From assembly GCA_965206595.1 (NCBI GenBank), contig OZ242214.1:1472001-1536000 (forward strand): a stretch of DNA of 64,000 nucleotides, written 5' to 3'. Both the position numbers and the translations under genes were made by a program. The stretch's first letter is position 1. Each line of letters begins with the position of its first letter. This DNA is from Candidatus Latescibacterota bacterium (GTDB lineage: Bacteria; Latescibacterota; UBA2968; UBA8231). Below, piece after piece: positions 1 through 14,047 of this stretch. The notes under the pieces are model-generated. The model made no database searches, had not been told where the DNA came from, and saw only the letters and a program-made list of their open reading frames with translations.

Positions 1-1013
1 GGGGGGATCCGCATGTTTGGGGAACCGCCTTCGTAGTCGCTGCCATTACTTGGACCATGGTGCAGAGCTACGCACTGCTCGAGCGCGTCCAAACCCTGAT
101 CGTGGGCCTGCTCCTGATCTTTATACTGATCGCGGTCTTCGTCACCGATCCCGACTGGCTGGCCGTAGCATACGGGACAATCGTGCCGAGCATTCCTGCG
201 TATCAGCCATGGCTCCTTGAGAAGTACCCCGAAGTGGAGTCGCGGTCCCCCTGGATCGAGCTCGGTACCTATCTCGGGGCCATCGGCGGCGGCACCCAGG
301 ATTATTTCGGTTATATCGGCATGCTGCGTGAGAAGGGCTGGGGACTGCTGGGCAAGCGCGTGATAGGCGATTCCTCCGGAGTTTCGTTGAACAAACAACC
401 GGACAACCTGGCCAGGGGGCGGATCTGGCTGCGCGCACCTCTCATCGATTCCGTCGGATCTTTCGCCTGTATCGTCCTGTTCACGATGGCGTTCATGATC
501 CTCGGAGCCGTCATCCTCCATCCGCAGCAGATCGTTCCCTCCGGCCTGCAGCTGCTATCGGTGCAGGCGGAATTTCTGACCCGGCTTGATCCCCGCCTTC
601 TTTATCTCTACCAAGTCGGCGTCTTCATCGCCTTCATGGGGACGATTATGGGAGCCTACGAGCTGTACGTGCGCACGACTCATGAGTGTCTGAGGCTAAT
701 GGTTGCAAAGGTCAGGGACATGCCCTTGTCGCAATTGCGGATCTGGGTGGTCGCCTATTGCGGCATTTTTGGAGTCGCCATCATGTGGCTGGGGGGCAAT
801 CCCGTGCAGATCGTAACCCCGGCGGCCATTTTCGGCGGCGTTCTGACGTGCGGACTCTGGTGCCTTCTGATGGTCTGGACAGACCGCCGCTTCCTGCCGC
901 CAGAATTGCAGATGAAGCTGCCCCTTCTCGTTCTCAATATCGCCAGCGGCCTGTTCCTTCTCGGGTGGGGTGTTCGGGGCGTTTTCGATTTTGTCCTGTC
1001 GCTGGCAGAGTGA
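1..1013 (+). CDS. Nramp-like divalent metal / APC-type membrane transporter, 5' partial
   Basis: Frame is open from the window start (GDPHVWGTAFVVAAITWTM...). Multiple hydrophobic TM segments; GAIGGG and GAVILHP motifs typical of Nramp-like transporters. Confidence 0.6.
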   Translation, partial: GDPHVWGTAFVVAAITWTMVQSYALLERVQTLIVGLLLIFILIAVFVTDPDWLAVAYGTIVPSIPAYQPWLLEKYPEVESRSPWIELGTYLGAIGGGTQDYFGYIGMLREKGWGLLGKRVIGDSSGVSLNKQPDNLARGRIWLRAPLIDSVGSFACIVLFTMAFMILGAVILHPQQIVPSGLQLLSVQAEFLTRLDPRLLYLYQVGVFIAFMGTIMGAYELYVRTTHECLRLMVAKVRDMPLSQLRIWVVAYCGIFGVAIMWLGGNPVQIVTPAAIFGGVLTCGLWCLLMVWTDRRFLPPELQMKLPLLVLNIASGLFLLGWGVRGVFDFVLSLAE

Positions 1014-1042
1014 GACTGCCGTCGCGCCGAGGCGACTGATCA

Positions 1043-2272
1043 TTGAGCACTCCTCCCCAGATCTGGGATGCCGTCGAGGGCATCATCGGCTCCGCCACCA
1101 GGATCGGCCTGGCGGTCACCGGCGGGGGGAGCGTCGCGATCCCGTGGCTGGTGAATCACCCGGGGGCCTCGCGCGCGGTCGTCGAGGTACAGGTCCCCTA
1201 TCACCCCGGCGCCCTCCAAGGCTTCTTGAGTCGGTCGCGACCGCTTCCGGTCAATGAGGAGACAGCGCGGCTGATGGCTCACCGCGCCTATTGCCGCACT
1301 GCGGAACTCGTCAGTGGTGGTCCGACGAAGGGCCCAGCTTCCGGCTGCATCGGCGCAGGCTGCACAGCCGCTCTCGCTACGACCCGCAGGCGGCGGGGCG
1401 AGGACAGAGCCCGGATCGCGGTACGCTCCCGCGATTCCTACGAGACCTTGTCGATTGCCTTCGACAAGGGAAAAGCCGGCCGCTTCGATCAGGAGGATGT
1501 GCTGAGCAGGGAGTTGGTTTTCGCGCTTGCCCGGGCCTGCGGGGTTGCGGTTCCTGCATCCCCCTTCTCTCCGTCCTGGTGGAAGCTCCGCCGCCGCCGT
1601 TTCCCCGTAGTGGCGGAAATCGAAGATGTCATGTGTGGAGAGCGGGAGGTCGCCGTCTGGAATCCGCCCTCAACCGGTGCCAGCGGGGAACCCGAAAAGC
1701 CGTCCCGATCGGATGAGCGTCTGTTTCTGTCAGGCTCCTTCAATCCTCAGCACGAAGGCCATCTGGGGCTGGCGCGGGCAGCGGGGGAGTTGAGCGGACT
1801 CTCCCCCATGCTGGAGCTCTCGATCGCCAACGTCGACAAACCTGAATTGACCTATACAGAAGTCCTCGCCAGGCTGAACACGACCTCCCTGCCGGTCTTC
1901 GTAACCAGAGCAGCCACCTTTGTTGAAAAAGCGCGCCTCTTTCCCGGCTGTCATTTCGCCATCGGCTACGACACCGCGGTGCGGCTGCTCGATCCTGCCT
2001 ATTACGGGGGCCGGGAAGGGGCGGTGTCCGAAGCTCTGGCGGAGTTGGATCAGGCTTCGTGCCGGTTCTACGTCGCCGGCCGCCTGCAACATAATCGGTT
2101 CGCGACCATGAACGACCTCGAGCTTCCTCGGCGCTTCGCGCATCTCTTCGTCGACCTGCCGGAAAGCCTGTTCCGCAGCGATTGGAGTTCGACCTCGATC
2201 AGGGAGTCCGAAACAACAGAGACCACCAGCGGGTCGGCACCATCCTCGAAGGAGTCGGTTGAACCGGAATGA
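1043..2272 (+). CDS. CinA-like N-terminal domain fused to a HIGH-motif nucleotidyltransferase (NMN/NaMN adenylyltransferase-like)
   Basis: N-terminal AVTGGGS..PGAS segment; C-terminal GSFNPQHEGH (HxGH), ELSIANVDKP and IGYDTAVRL motifs. Confidence 0.7.
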   Translation: MSTPPQIWDAVEGIIGSATRIGLAVTGGGSVAIPWLVNHPGASRAVVEVQVPYHPGALQGFLSRSRPLPVNEETARLMAHRAYCRTAELVSGGPTKGPASGCIGAGCTAALATTRRRRGEDRARIAVRSRDSYETLSIAFDKGKAGRFDQEDVLSRELVFALARACGVAVPASPFSPSWWKLRRRRFPVVAEIEDVMCGEREVAVWNPPSTGASGEPEKPSRSDERLFLSGSFNPQHEGHLGLARAAGELSGLSPMLELSIANVDKPELTYTEVLARLNTTSLPVFVTRAATFVEKARLFPGCHFAIGYDTAVRLLDPAYYGGREGAVSEALAELDQASCRFYVAGRLQHNRFATMNDLELPRRFAHLFVDLPESLFRSDWSSTSIRESETTETTSGSAPSSKESVEPE

Positions 2273-3504
2273 CCCTGGCAGCCCTCGAACAGGTGGATCG
2301 TTCCGGCAGCCATATTGCCTCCCGGCTGCGCAGGCTGGTAGCCATCCCCACCGTCAATCCTCCCGGGGAACGCTACGGGGAGATGGTGGACTGTCTGGAG
2401 AAATCCTGTGCCGGCCTCGGCATGGAGACGCGCGTTCACCAGGTGCCTGCGAAAACCGCCGAAGCGGCGGGAATCGCTCCGGGCTATCCCCGTTACAATC
2501 TGATTGCGCGGTGGGACGTGGGTGCGGCGCGCACCGTCCACTTCAACGCTCATTACGATGTCGTCCCGGCAGCGGGAAAATGGAAGTTCCCCCCCTTTCA
2601 GCCACAGGTGGAGAACGGCTGGATATACGGGCGCGGTTCCGGAGACATGAAGGGATCGATCGTCGCCCTGCTGACTGCCATCGATTGCCTTCGCCGTAGC
2701 GGCGCGCAGCCGGCGTTCAACATCGAATGCTCATTTACCGCCGACGAGGAGACGGGCGGAGAGCTGGGAGCCGGGTACATCGTTCGCCAGGGACTGGTGA
2801 ATGCCGAGAGTGCAGTCGTGTGCGAAGGAGCTTCCGGCACGCGGGTAGGCCTTGGTCACAACGGCGTACTGTGGCTGTACGTCCATCTTCAGGGAAAACC
2901 GGCGCACGCCTCGAACCCCGACCTAGGTCGCAACGCGTTTGAAGCGATGCTCGCTGTTGGCGGTCACCTGCAGCGACACAAGAAGGAACTGACTACCTCC
3001 GCGAGAAGATATCGTGATTTCAACGGCAAAGACCGCTATCCGACACTGAATATCGGGGGGGTCTTCGGAGGAACCGGCCAGAAGGTCAATACGGTTCCGG
3101 GCGATGCCTTCTTTAGCATCGACCGGCGGGTTCCCCCCAACGAGCGCATCGGGCAGGCGGAACGGGAGCTGCGTTCGAGCATTGCCGTGGGGGCGGCGAC
3201 GCAGCCGCAGGTTCGCTGCCGGGTCGAAACGGCACTGAGGATCGACCCCTGCGTGATGGATGCCGCTCACGATCTGCCGCAGCTGTTTTCCCGCTCCGTC
3301 AAGGCGGTGCGTCGCCGCAGTGCGGGATTTCGCGTCACCAGCGGATTTACCGACCTCCATTTCTTCATCGAGGAAGCCGGCATTCCGGCCATCGGCTACG
3401 GGGTCGACGGCAGGCGCGCCCACGGTGCGGACGAGCGCGTCCGCCTGCGGGATGTCGCCAGCACGGCGAAGACCTACGCCCACTTCATGCTTACGGGGGT
3501 GTGA
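2269..3504 (+). CDS. M20 family metallopeptidase/deacylase (ArgE/DapE-like)
   Basis: FNAHYDVVP, GRGSGDMKG, DEETGG and AHGADE metal-binding motifs. Confidence 0.88.
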   Translation: MTLAALEQVDRSGSHIASRLRRLVAIPTVNPPGERYGEMVDCLEKSCAGLGMETRVHQVPAKTAEAAGIAPGYPRYNLIARWDVGAARTVHFNAHYDVVPAAGKWKFPPFQPQVENGWIYGRGSGDMKGSIVALLTAIDCLRRSGAQPAFNIECSFTADEETGGELGAGYIVRQGLVNAESAVVCEGASGTRVGLGHNGVLWLYVHLQGKPAHASNPDLGRNAFEAMLAVGGHLQRHKKELTTSARRYRDFNGKDRYPTLNIGGVFGGTGQKVNTVPGDAFFSIDRRVPPNERIGQAERELRSSIAVGAATQPQVRCRVETALRIDPCVMDAAHDLPQLFSRSVKAVRRRSAGFRVTSGFTDLHFFIEEAGIPAIGYGVDGRRAHGADERVRLRDVASTAKTYAHFMLTGV

Positions 3505-3510
3505 GCGCGG

Positions 3511-4233
3511 GTGGATGTTTTCAAGGAATTCCTGCGCGTCTCGTACGATCACTTCGGTGGCCTGATCTGCATTAACATCCTGTGGTCGCTGTTCTCAATA
3601 CCTTGGCTCGCCGTCGCCGCGGCCGCGGTTCTGTACGGGGCGGCCCTGCAGGGGGATTGGGCACCTCATGCCCAAGTGCTTGCCCTCGTTCTCGCCACCG
3701 AGTTCGTCTGGTTTGCTCCCCCGACGGTCCTTCTGTTCCTCGCCGCCCAGCAGTGGCTCGATGGTCGCGGGGCTTCATTCAGGTCCTTGGCGGGGCAACT
3801 GCCCGGACACGCCCTGCGCGCCCAGAGTGCGGGACTGGCAATAATGGCGACGACTTGCCTGCTGGCGGTCAACCTCATCTTCTATCACCACCTCGGCGGC
3901 TGGCTGGGAGCGATTCTTTCCGGGCTCATGGGCTGGCTGTTGTTGGGGTTGTTCCTGGTCTCGCTATACGTCATACCGATGCTGCTCGCCGGCGAGACCG
4001 GCCTCCGGGGCGCCAGCCTCGGCAGTCTGCTCTTCGTCGTTTCCAACCCGGGCAGGTCGCTGGTTCTGCTCGCCCTCGTCGCAAGTCTGCTTATCCTCGG
4101 ACTGGCCTCGGGAATCGGACTGCTGTGCGGTATCTCCGCGGCCATTGCGCTGCTGGAGAGCGCCTGGGTGCAACGCCTTGCCCCGGAAGCGGAGGGGTGC
4201 AGTTCCACCTTGAGGAACGGCAATGAGAGTTGA
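3511..4233 (+). CDS. Integral membrane protein, DUF624/YesL-like
   Basis: Several TM helices; NILWSLFSIP and PPT motifs. Confidence 0.55.
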   Translation: MDVFKEFLRVSYDHFGGLICINILWSLFSIPWLAVAAAAVLYGAALQGDWAPHAQVLALVLATEFVWFAPPTVLLFLAAQQWLDGRGASFRSLAGQLPGHALRAQSAGLAIMATTCLLAVNLIFYHHLGGWLGAILSGLMGWLLLGLFLVSLYVIPMLLAGETGLRGASLGSLLFVVSNPGRSLVLLALVASLLILGLASGIGLLCGISAAIALLESAWVQRLAPEAEGCSSTLRNGNES

Positions 4234-5833
4234 GTGCACCAAACTGGTTACCGGCAGGCAGATGGCCGCCATCGACAGGGCCGCCATCGATGGGCACGGC
4301 ATCCCCGGGATCGAGTTGATGGAACGCGCCGCGTCCCGGGTAGTGGAGACCATCCGCTCACAGTGGAACGGTCTGGAAGGGCTTGAGATCGCGGTGGTTT
4401 GCGGCAAGGGAAACAACGGTGGGGACGGTTTCGCAATAGCACGCCTGCTGCACCAGGCGGGAGTTCCCGTTCACGCCTTTACCACCTGCGAACCGGCAGC
4501 GTTTTCGCCCGATGCCGCCCACCACTTCGCCCTGCTCGTCGCCACAGGGGCATCGGTACGGAAATTTCCGGGGGGCGGTGCTGCGGACATGCTCGCCGAG
4601 TGCGATCTCGTGATCGATTGCCTGCTGGGTACCGGACTGCGGGGAGCTGCCCGGGACAATGCCGCCGGGATTATCGAATCGATCAACGACAGTGGGCGAC
4701 CCGTCGTCTCCGTCGACATACCCTCGGGAGTCGAAGCTGATTCGGGAAGGATCCGGGGTGCGAGCATAAAGGCCGCGGTCACCGTCACCTTCGGCCTCCC
4801 GAAGATCGGTCAGTTGTTTCACCCCGGTCGCAGCCGTTGCGGCAGGCTTCACCTTGTAGACATCGGTTTTCCGGAAGAGGTGGTTAAATCCACTCCCGCG
4901 GCAGGGTACCTGATTTCGGAAGCTGCCGCGGCCGAGCTGATCCCGCGTCGGCGGGAAAACGCTCACAAGGGGGACTGCGGATCGGTGGTTGTGGTAGCCG
5001 GTTCCGCGGGTATGACCGGGGCCGCGGCACTGACCGCCATGACGGCGCTCAAAACCGGGGCGGGACGGGTTACCGCGGCCATCCCCGAGAGCCTCAACGA
5101 CATTCTGGAGATGAAGCTGACCGAACCCATGACCTGCCCGATGCCGGAGGTCCGGCGTCATCGTTGCCTGTCCCTGAGGGCACTCGGGGCCATTCGCGGC
5201 ATCGCCGTCCGTGCCAACGTGCTGGCGATCGGCCCCGGTCTCGGAACCCATCCGGAAACCACCGAACTGGTGCGCCGGGTACTGACCTGCGAGGAATTGC
5301 CGGTGGTGGTCGACGCCGACGGGCTGAATTCCCTGGTTGGTCATTCCGATGTATACAGGGCATCCGCATGGAGACCGGATTCGGGCCCGAACAGAGTGTT
5401 GACTCCCCATCTGGAGGAATTCTGCCGACTCACCGGTTTGTCGAAGGAGGAAGTCGCCGAGGACCCGATTGCGAGCCTGGTCCGGTTCGCCCAGGACTGT
5501 GGAGCCGTCGTCCTCCTCAAGGGCGCCCCTACCTGTGTCGGTTTGCCGGATGGAAAAGCCTACGTCTGCCCCTCGGGAAATGCCGGCATGGCGACCGCGG
5601 GCTCCGGGGATGTGCTGACGGGGCTGATAGCCGGGCTCATCGCCCAAGGGCTGCCCGCCGACGAAGCCGCGTGCTGTGGCGCCTTTCTGCACGGCCGCGC
5701 CGGGGATATCGCCCGCGACCGCATCGGTGAGTGGGGGTTGGTGGCAGGCGATATTCAGGATGCGGTTCCCGAGGCGATTATGGACGTATTCGGGCAAAAA
5801 TGCGGGGGTATGGAGCAGCCTTGCCACGCTTGA
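4223..5833 (+). CDS. nnr: Bifunctional NAD(P)H-hydrate epimerase/dehydratase
   Basis: GKGNNGGDG, DCLLGTG and SVDIPSG (YjeF_N); HKGDCG, IGPGLG, DADGL and GSGDVLTG (carbohydrate kinase domain). Confidence 0.95.
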   Translation: MRVECTKLVTGRQMAAIDRAAIDGHGIPGIELMERAASRVVETIRSQWNGLEGLEIAVVCGKGNNGGDGFAIARLLHQAGVPVHAFTTCEPAAFSPDAAHHFALLVATGASVRKFPGGGAADMLAECDLVIDCLLGTGLRGAARDNAAGIIESINDSGRPVVSVDIPSGVEADSGRIRGASIKAAVTVTFGLPKIGQLFHPGRSRCGRLHLVDIGFPEEVVKSTPAAGYLISEAAAAELIPRRRENAHKGDCGSVVVVAGSAGMTGAAALTAMTALKTGAGRVTAAIPESLNDILEMKLTEPMTCPMPEVRRHRCLSLRALGAIRGIAVRANVLAIGPGLGTHPETTELVRRVLTCEELPVVVDADGLNSLVGHSDVYRASAWRPDSGPNRVLTPHLEEFCRLTGLSKEEVAEDPIASLVRFAQDCGAVVLLKGAPTCVGLPDGKAYVCPSGNAGMATAGSGDVLTGLIAGLIAQGLPADEAACCGAFLHGRAGDIARDRIGEWGLVAGDIQDAVPEAIMDVFGQKCGGMEQPCHA

Positions 5834-5993
5834 CTTGGCAAGGGGGATCGAGTACCCTATTGCCGGCTTCGAGTGGGGGGAAATCCCCTCATTTTTCCTT
5901 TCGGTAGCGTCGCAAACTCCCCGGAAAAGCTTCCCCGATACTTGGCGGTTTTGCCGTAGGCGGCAATTTCTCCAGACCTGACTCGAACTGGAA

Positions 5994-6533
5994 ATGACAA
6001 AAGTCCGAGAAGCGATAGAAGAGATAATCGAGGAGTCCTATCTCCTGGGGCGTTCCGAACGGGAAATCCGCCAGGATTTCAAGCGCTTCATCGATACCTG
6101 TTACGCCGTCATAAACGAAAACATCAAGGATCGCGACGTTGTTTCCAGTCTCGCGGAGAATCTCGAGCGCGAGCAGGCGGTCCTGATCGTCGACCGTGGC
6201 GACGGCTCTGCCGAGACTGAGCCGGATGGGGCAACCGCAGCTTCAGACGAGGTCCGGCCTCCTGAAGATTTTTGTGAGGAAGTCGCGCGTCGCAAGCGCC
6301 AGATCCTTCGCGCCATCGCCAAGTACGATCCGGAGCTGGTGCGCCTGATAAACGAGCACCGCTTTCAGTGCGAAATTGACGAACCCTTCAGACCCCGGTT
6401 CAGACGGTCGCTTCCAACCGGCCGGCAAATCGATTGGGCGACCCTGAAATTGCAGCTGCTCAAAATCGGCTACGCGACAACGATCGGCCTGATCGTTCTG
6501 CTGATCTGGCTCGGCTTCGTACAGAAGACTTAG
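5994..6533 (+). CDS. Hypothetical protein with C-terminal TM anchor
   Basis: 179-aa ORF filling the gap, with a hydrophobic C-terminus. A possible TTGACT-17-TACCCT promoter lies at 5830-5858. Confidence 0.55.
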   Translation: MTKVREAIEEIIEESYLLGRSEREIRQDFKRFIDTCYAVINENIKDRDVVSSLAENLEREQAVLIVDRGDGSAETEPDGATAASDEVRPPEDFCEEVARRKRQILRAIAKYDPELVRLINEHRFQCEIDEPFRPRFRRSLPTGRQIDWATLKLQLLKIGYATTIGLIVLLIWLGFVQKT

Positions 6534-6739
6534 GCGTTCGGCGACCCGCCTTCCGGATGTGACAGCAACAGGGAGAGTTTTCCGAGGACGCCTGGCTCGG
6601 CACCGGCAAACACTCCCCGTCTTCCGCCGAATCACCCCGATAACTGACTCTACTTCCCTCCGCAGAGACCGGACTGGTGCTCTGCGTTCTTCATTTCGAG
6701 GGCAGGGCGCGGCTACCACCCCTTCCCAGCTGACAAGGT

Positions 6740-9963
<3,224 letters not shown>

Positions 9964-9967
<4 letters not shown>

Positions 9968-12900
9968 TTGCACCCTTGCGAATTTTTCCCGCGACACCGG
10001 CTGCGCTGCTCTTCTTCTGCGCATCCGTGCTGGGTGGCTGCGTCTATTTCAATACCTATTTCAATGCCCAGAGGTATTTCCGGCAGGCGGAAAAGGCGAG
10101 GAAGGAAATCGAACAGCAGCAGCCGGAGAGGACAGACCGGGAGGACCGTCGATCCCGGCCTTATCGTAGCCAACAGCGTAGTCGAGGCGGGGAGGCCCCG
10201 AACGACCTGTACGAACAGGCGGCTCGCAAGGCCTCCAAGGTTCTTGAGAAGCATCGCGACAGCGATCTCGTAGACGACGCCATGTTCCTCCTGGGCAGGG
10301 CGTTCTACTGGCAGGGCGACTACCGCGATGCCGCGAGGTCGTTCAGGGACCTGGAGACCAACTTTCCCGAAAGCGAGTACTTCACCCGTTCCCAGTACTG
10401 GCGCGGGCTATGCATGGAGGGCCAGGGTGCCTATGCGGAAGCGCGAAGCATCTATCGCACCCTTTTCAGCGCTGCTGCGGACGCCGACATAGCCGCCCTC
10501 GCCGGCATGCGTCTCGGCGAGATAGCATTCAAGCAGGAGGAGTATGCCTCCGCGATTCAGGAGTACAGATCGACCTTGGAGAGCTTTCCGAAAGCCGGGA
10601 ACCGCGCAGAGCTGTGGCTCCGGATAGGTGAAGCCGCAGTAGCGCTGGAGGACTCCTCGCTGTTCGGTACGGCCGCCGACGCGTTTGCTGAGGTGTTGCG
10701 CGAATCTCCTGATAACGGGATCGAGTACAGAGCGCGCCTGGAGCAGGGCCGCCTGTTGTACCAGATGGGAGATGTCGAGGAGGCAAGGCATACGTACCTG
10801 CAACTGCTCAAGGACGGGAGCTTTCGAACCTTCGAAGGGCAGACCCGCCTGCTGATCGGTCAGTACTACGAGGACCAGGGTTTACCGGAAGAAGCCCTCG
10901 GTGAATTCACCCGGGTCCGCGATGATTTTCCCCAGACCGACGCCTCGGCGATGGCGATTTACCGCACCTCTCTCATCTATCTGAGCCGCAACGCCGACCG
11001 CGTCCTGGCGCGGGATTACCTCGAGACCGTGTCCGCGGAGAAGAGGAATTCCGAGGCGGCGCAACTCGCGAAGGAAACCCTGTCCGACCTGAATGAGGCG
11101 GAAAAGCTGCTGCGCAAGATCCATGTGGCGGATTCCCTGGATGTCGCAGAGGCAGCAGCTGCCGATTCCGCGGCCCTGGCGCTGGCCGCCGCGCCCGACA
11201 GTGCGGCAATGTCCGGGAATGCACCCGGGCTAGCGGACACCGCTATCTCCGACAAGGAGGTCGACCAGATCTTACCGGGTATCGAGATGCCAGCGGTGCC
11301 CCCGGCGGACAGCTCGGAACTTGCCGATGTCGCCACCGCCCAGGCCGACACGGCTATCTCCGGCAGGGAGGTCGACCTAGCCTTCCCTGGTATCGAGATG
11401 TCAGGGGTGATCCCGGAGGACAGCGCTGCCGTGGCTGCCGACGTCACCGCTCCGGCGGACACGGCCCACTCCGGCAGGGAGGTCGACGAGGTTCTGGCCG
11501 GTATCGGGATTCCGGAGGTGCCCGCGGCGTCCGGCGTCCGGAACGGGGAGGACGAGGAGGTAGGATCGCGGACCTCTTTCGCAGGCGGACGGAAGAAATG
11601 GGAGGATCCCAGGAAGAAACTGGACGAGACCATCCTGGCCGTCGCCGAGATCTATCGGGACCGTTTCGCAATGCCGGACTCGGCCATCCACTTCTATCTC
11701 GAATTCACGCGGCGTTTCCCGGAATCGCACCAGGTTCCCAGGGCCCTCTACAGCATCGCCTGGATCCATACCGAAATGAAAGGGGACGAGGAGTCTGCGG
11801 CCCCCTGGCTGCAGCGACTTGTCCAGGATTTCCCGCTGACGGAACACGCCAATGCGGCGAAAGAACTACTCGGCAACGAAAGGGACGTCACCGCAGAACA
11901 GCGCGCCCTGGAGGAGTACGAACGCATCGAGAAGATCCGTCTGGAGGACATCGACTCCCTGGATCGCTACATGCCGGAGTTCGACCGGCTGATCGCGGAG
12001 TTTCCGGCAACCGAGTCCGGGGCGAGAGCGCTGTGGCTGACGGCCTGGACCTATGAGAACGTCGCCGGGGACTCCACAGCGGCTGAGGGCAGGTACGCGC
12101 GGATAGCAGAGGAGTTCCCAGGCACCCTCCTGGCCACGCACGCGCTCGAGCGCCAAGAGGCGCGTGCCGAGGGGCTGCTGGACAAGCTGGAGCGGGAATT
12201 CATTACGCTTCGTGGGGGGGAAAAACCAGGTGAGAAGGTAACGACGATCGCCGTCGAGCCGGACACGGCCGATTCAGTGTTGCTTGCGCGCAAGTATCTC
12301 GGCTTTGCGCTGCGCGCTCATCGCCGCGGAGTCCTGGAAACGGCGCGGGAGTATTACGAACTCTGTCTCGAGGAGAAGCAGCGCAGTCCGGAAGCCCTGT
12401 TCGGGCTGGGGGAAATAGCGTGGGAAGGTGCCTACTTCGACGACGCCCTCGACTATTATCACGACTCCTTGAGGATGCGCGGGAACCTGGTAGGGGTTTA
12501 TTACCGCCTGTTCGCCGTTCACACCCGGGAAGGCCGCGCCGATTCCTCCAACCACTATCTGCGCGAGATCCTCCGCAAGGACCGGGACAATCCTGCCGTC
12601 ATCTCCTTGAGGGACGAGTTCCCCACCTTGTTGGAATCCGAAGATCTCGACATGTCGACCCTGGAAGAGATCGACCTGCCCCTTCCCCCGCCTGAAGATC
12701 TTTACGCTCCGCCCAGGTCGCTGCTGCCCCTGCGCGAGGAGGCGGTGGTCCGCAAAAGTAGTCTGCCGGTGCTGCCGGCTGGTGCCGGAATGGATTCGGC
12801 TGAGGTCATCGTCGATATCCTCGTCACAGTCGAGGGGAAGCCAGCCGTTGTCGAGGCCTTTGTCGGGGAGGAGTCGCTGGTTCCCGAAGCCCTCGAGGCA

Positions 12901-13155
12901 GCTCGCCAGTACGTTTTTTTCCCCGCGATAGACTTGGACGGGGAAAAGGTGGAAGTGTGGGTGGAGATTGCGATTCCGTTCTACCCCAGCCGCGGGACCG
13001 ATCCTCAGTTAACCTCGGAGTCCGATTCGGGCGGGGCCGACTCGGTACTCCCCGAAACGGTGGCGTCGAAGGACGGGGTGCCTGTCGGGACCGTACTTCC
13101 TCCGGTCCAGCGGCAGGCGACGGACTCCGGGAGCGGACAAGAGGAGGCCGAATGA
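9964..13155 (+). CDS. Large TPR-repeat lipoprotein with acidic repeat linker and C-terminal TonB_C-like domain
   Basis: Lipobox LGG-C; many TPR helices ([12 protein letters not shown]...); C-terminal [11 protein letters not shown]...[27 protein letters not shown]. Confidence 0.75.
11233..11530 (+). repeat. Three imperfect in-frame 111-bp (37-aa) tandem repeats
   Basis: GC(G/C)GACAC..CTCCG.CA.GGAGGTCGAC...GGTATCG units start at 11233, 11344 and 11455 (ADTAISxxEVDxxxxGI). Confidence 0.85.
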
Positions 13156-13976
13156 GCGATTACACGTCTCCCTCCGATTCCGAGGTTATGGTGGAGTCGA
13201 ACGAAGAGGTGGCCGCCGATTTCTACCGCCTCCGCCTTTTCCATCCTGCGGTGGCGAAGAGAGTTGTCCCCGGCCAGTTTGTCCAGCTGCAGGTGGGCAG
13301 CTGGGGGATGGCGCCGTTGTTGAGGGTGCCCCTCAGTGTCAGCGCCGCGGATTTGCGGAAAGGAACGATCGAGGTTCTGTTCGAAGACATGGGCCCGAAA
13401 ACCTCCCTGCTGAGTTGCGCCCGCGAGGGGGAGCATTTACGCTGCATTGGACCGCTGGGGATTGGTTTCCCGGATCCACCAGCGACCGCGGTTATGGTAG
13501 GGGGAGGTATCGGGGTTCCTCCATTGCTGTTCCTGGGTGAACGCCTGCGTGCCCGGCACCATCATGTGCGCCTTCTAGTGGGCGCTCGGGAGGCGGCGAA
13601 ACTGCTGCCGGAAGAGCTCCTGTCCGCAGCCGCTTCCGAACACCGGATCGCGACTGACGACGGCAGTACCGGGCAGAGGGGATTTGCAACCGATCTGCTG
13701 GTCGAGGAGCTCAGCACCCTATCCGCGGTTACGGTCTACACCTGTGGACCATCGGCGATGATGGCCGCGGTGGCGGGGATCTGCCGGGCTCGGGGCATTG
13801 CCTGTTTCGCGTCGCTCGAGGGATACATGGCCTGCGGGTTCGGAGTCTGCGTCGGCTGCGTCGTTCCCCGGGTTGCATCCGACTCCCCTTACCATCGCTA
13901 CAGCCGCATCTGCGCCGACGGGCCGGTGTACGATGCCCGCGAGATCGCCTGGGAAGATGTGCACTCGCTTCCGTAG
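13152..13976 (+). CDS. pyrK: Dihydroorotate dehydrogenase electron transfer subunit
   Basis: PGQFVQL, RVPLS, GGGIGVPP, CGP and MACGFGVCVGC motifs. ATG at 13152 overlaps the upstream stop (ATGA). Confidence 0.93.
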   Translation: MSDYTSPSDSEVMVESNEEVAADFYRLRLFHPAVAKRVVPGQFVQLQVGSWGMAPLLRVPLSVSAADLRKGTIEVLFEDMGPKTSLLSCAREGEHLRCIGPLGIGFPDPPATAVMVGGGIGVPPLLFLGERLRARHHHVRLLVGAREAAKLLPEELLSAAASEHRIATDDGSTGQRGFATDLLVEELSTLSAVTVYTCGPSAMMAAVAGICRARGIACFASLEGYMACGFGVCVGCVVPRVASDSPYHRYSRICADGPVYDAREIAWEDVHSLP

Positions 13977-14047
13977 TGCCGCTGTCTTCTCCGGGAACAG
14001 GAATCGCGCCCGCAGGGATCGGTGCGACAGGAAATGCCCGGGTGGCA

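Noticed and set aside
6534-6739. PyrR-type attenuator or riboswitch upstream of carB
   Set aside because: A GGGAGAGTTT/AAACACTCCC hairpin exists, but there is no PyrR binding-loop consensus and no terminator T-tract.
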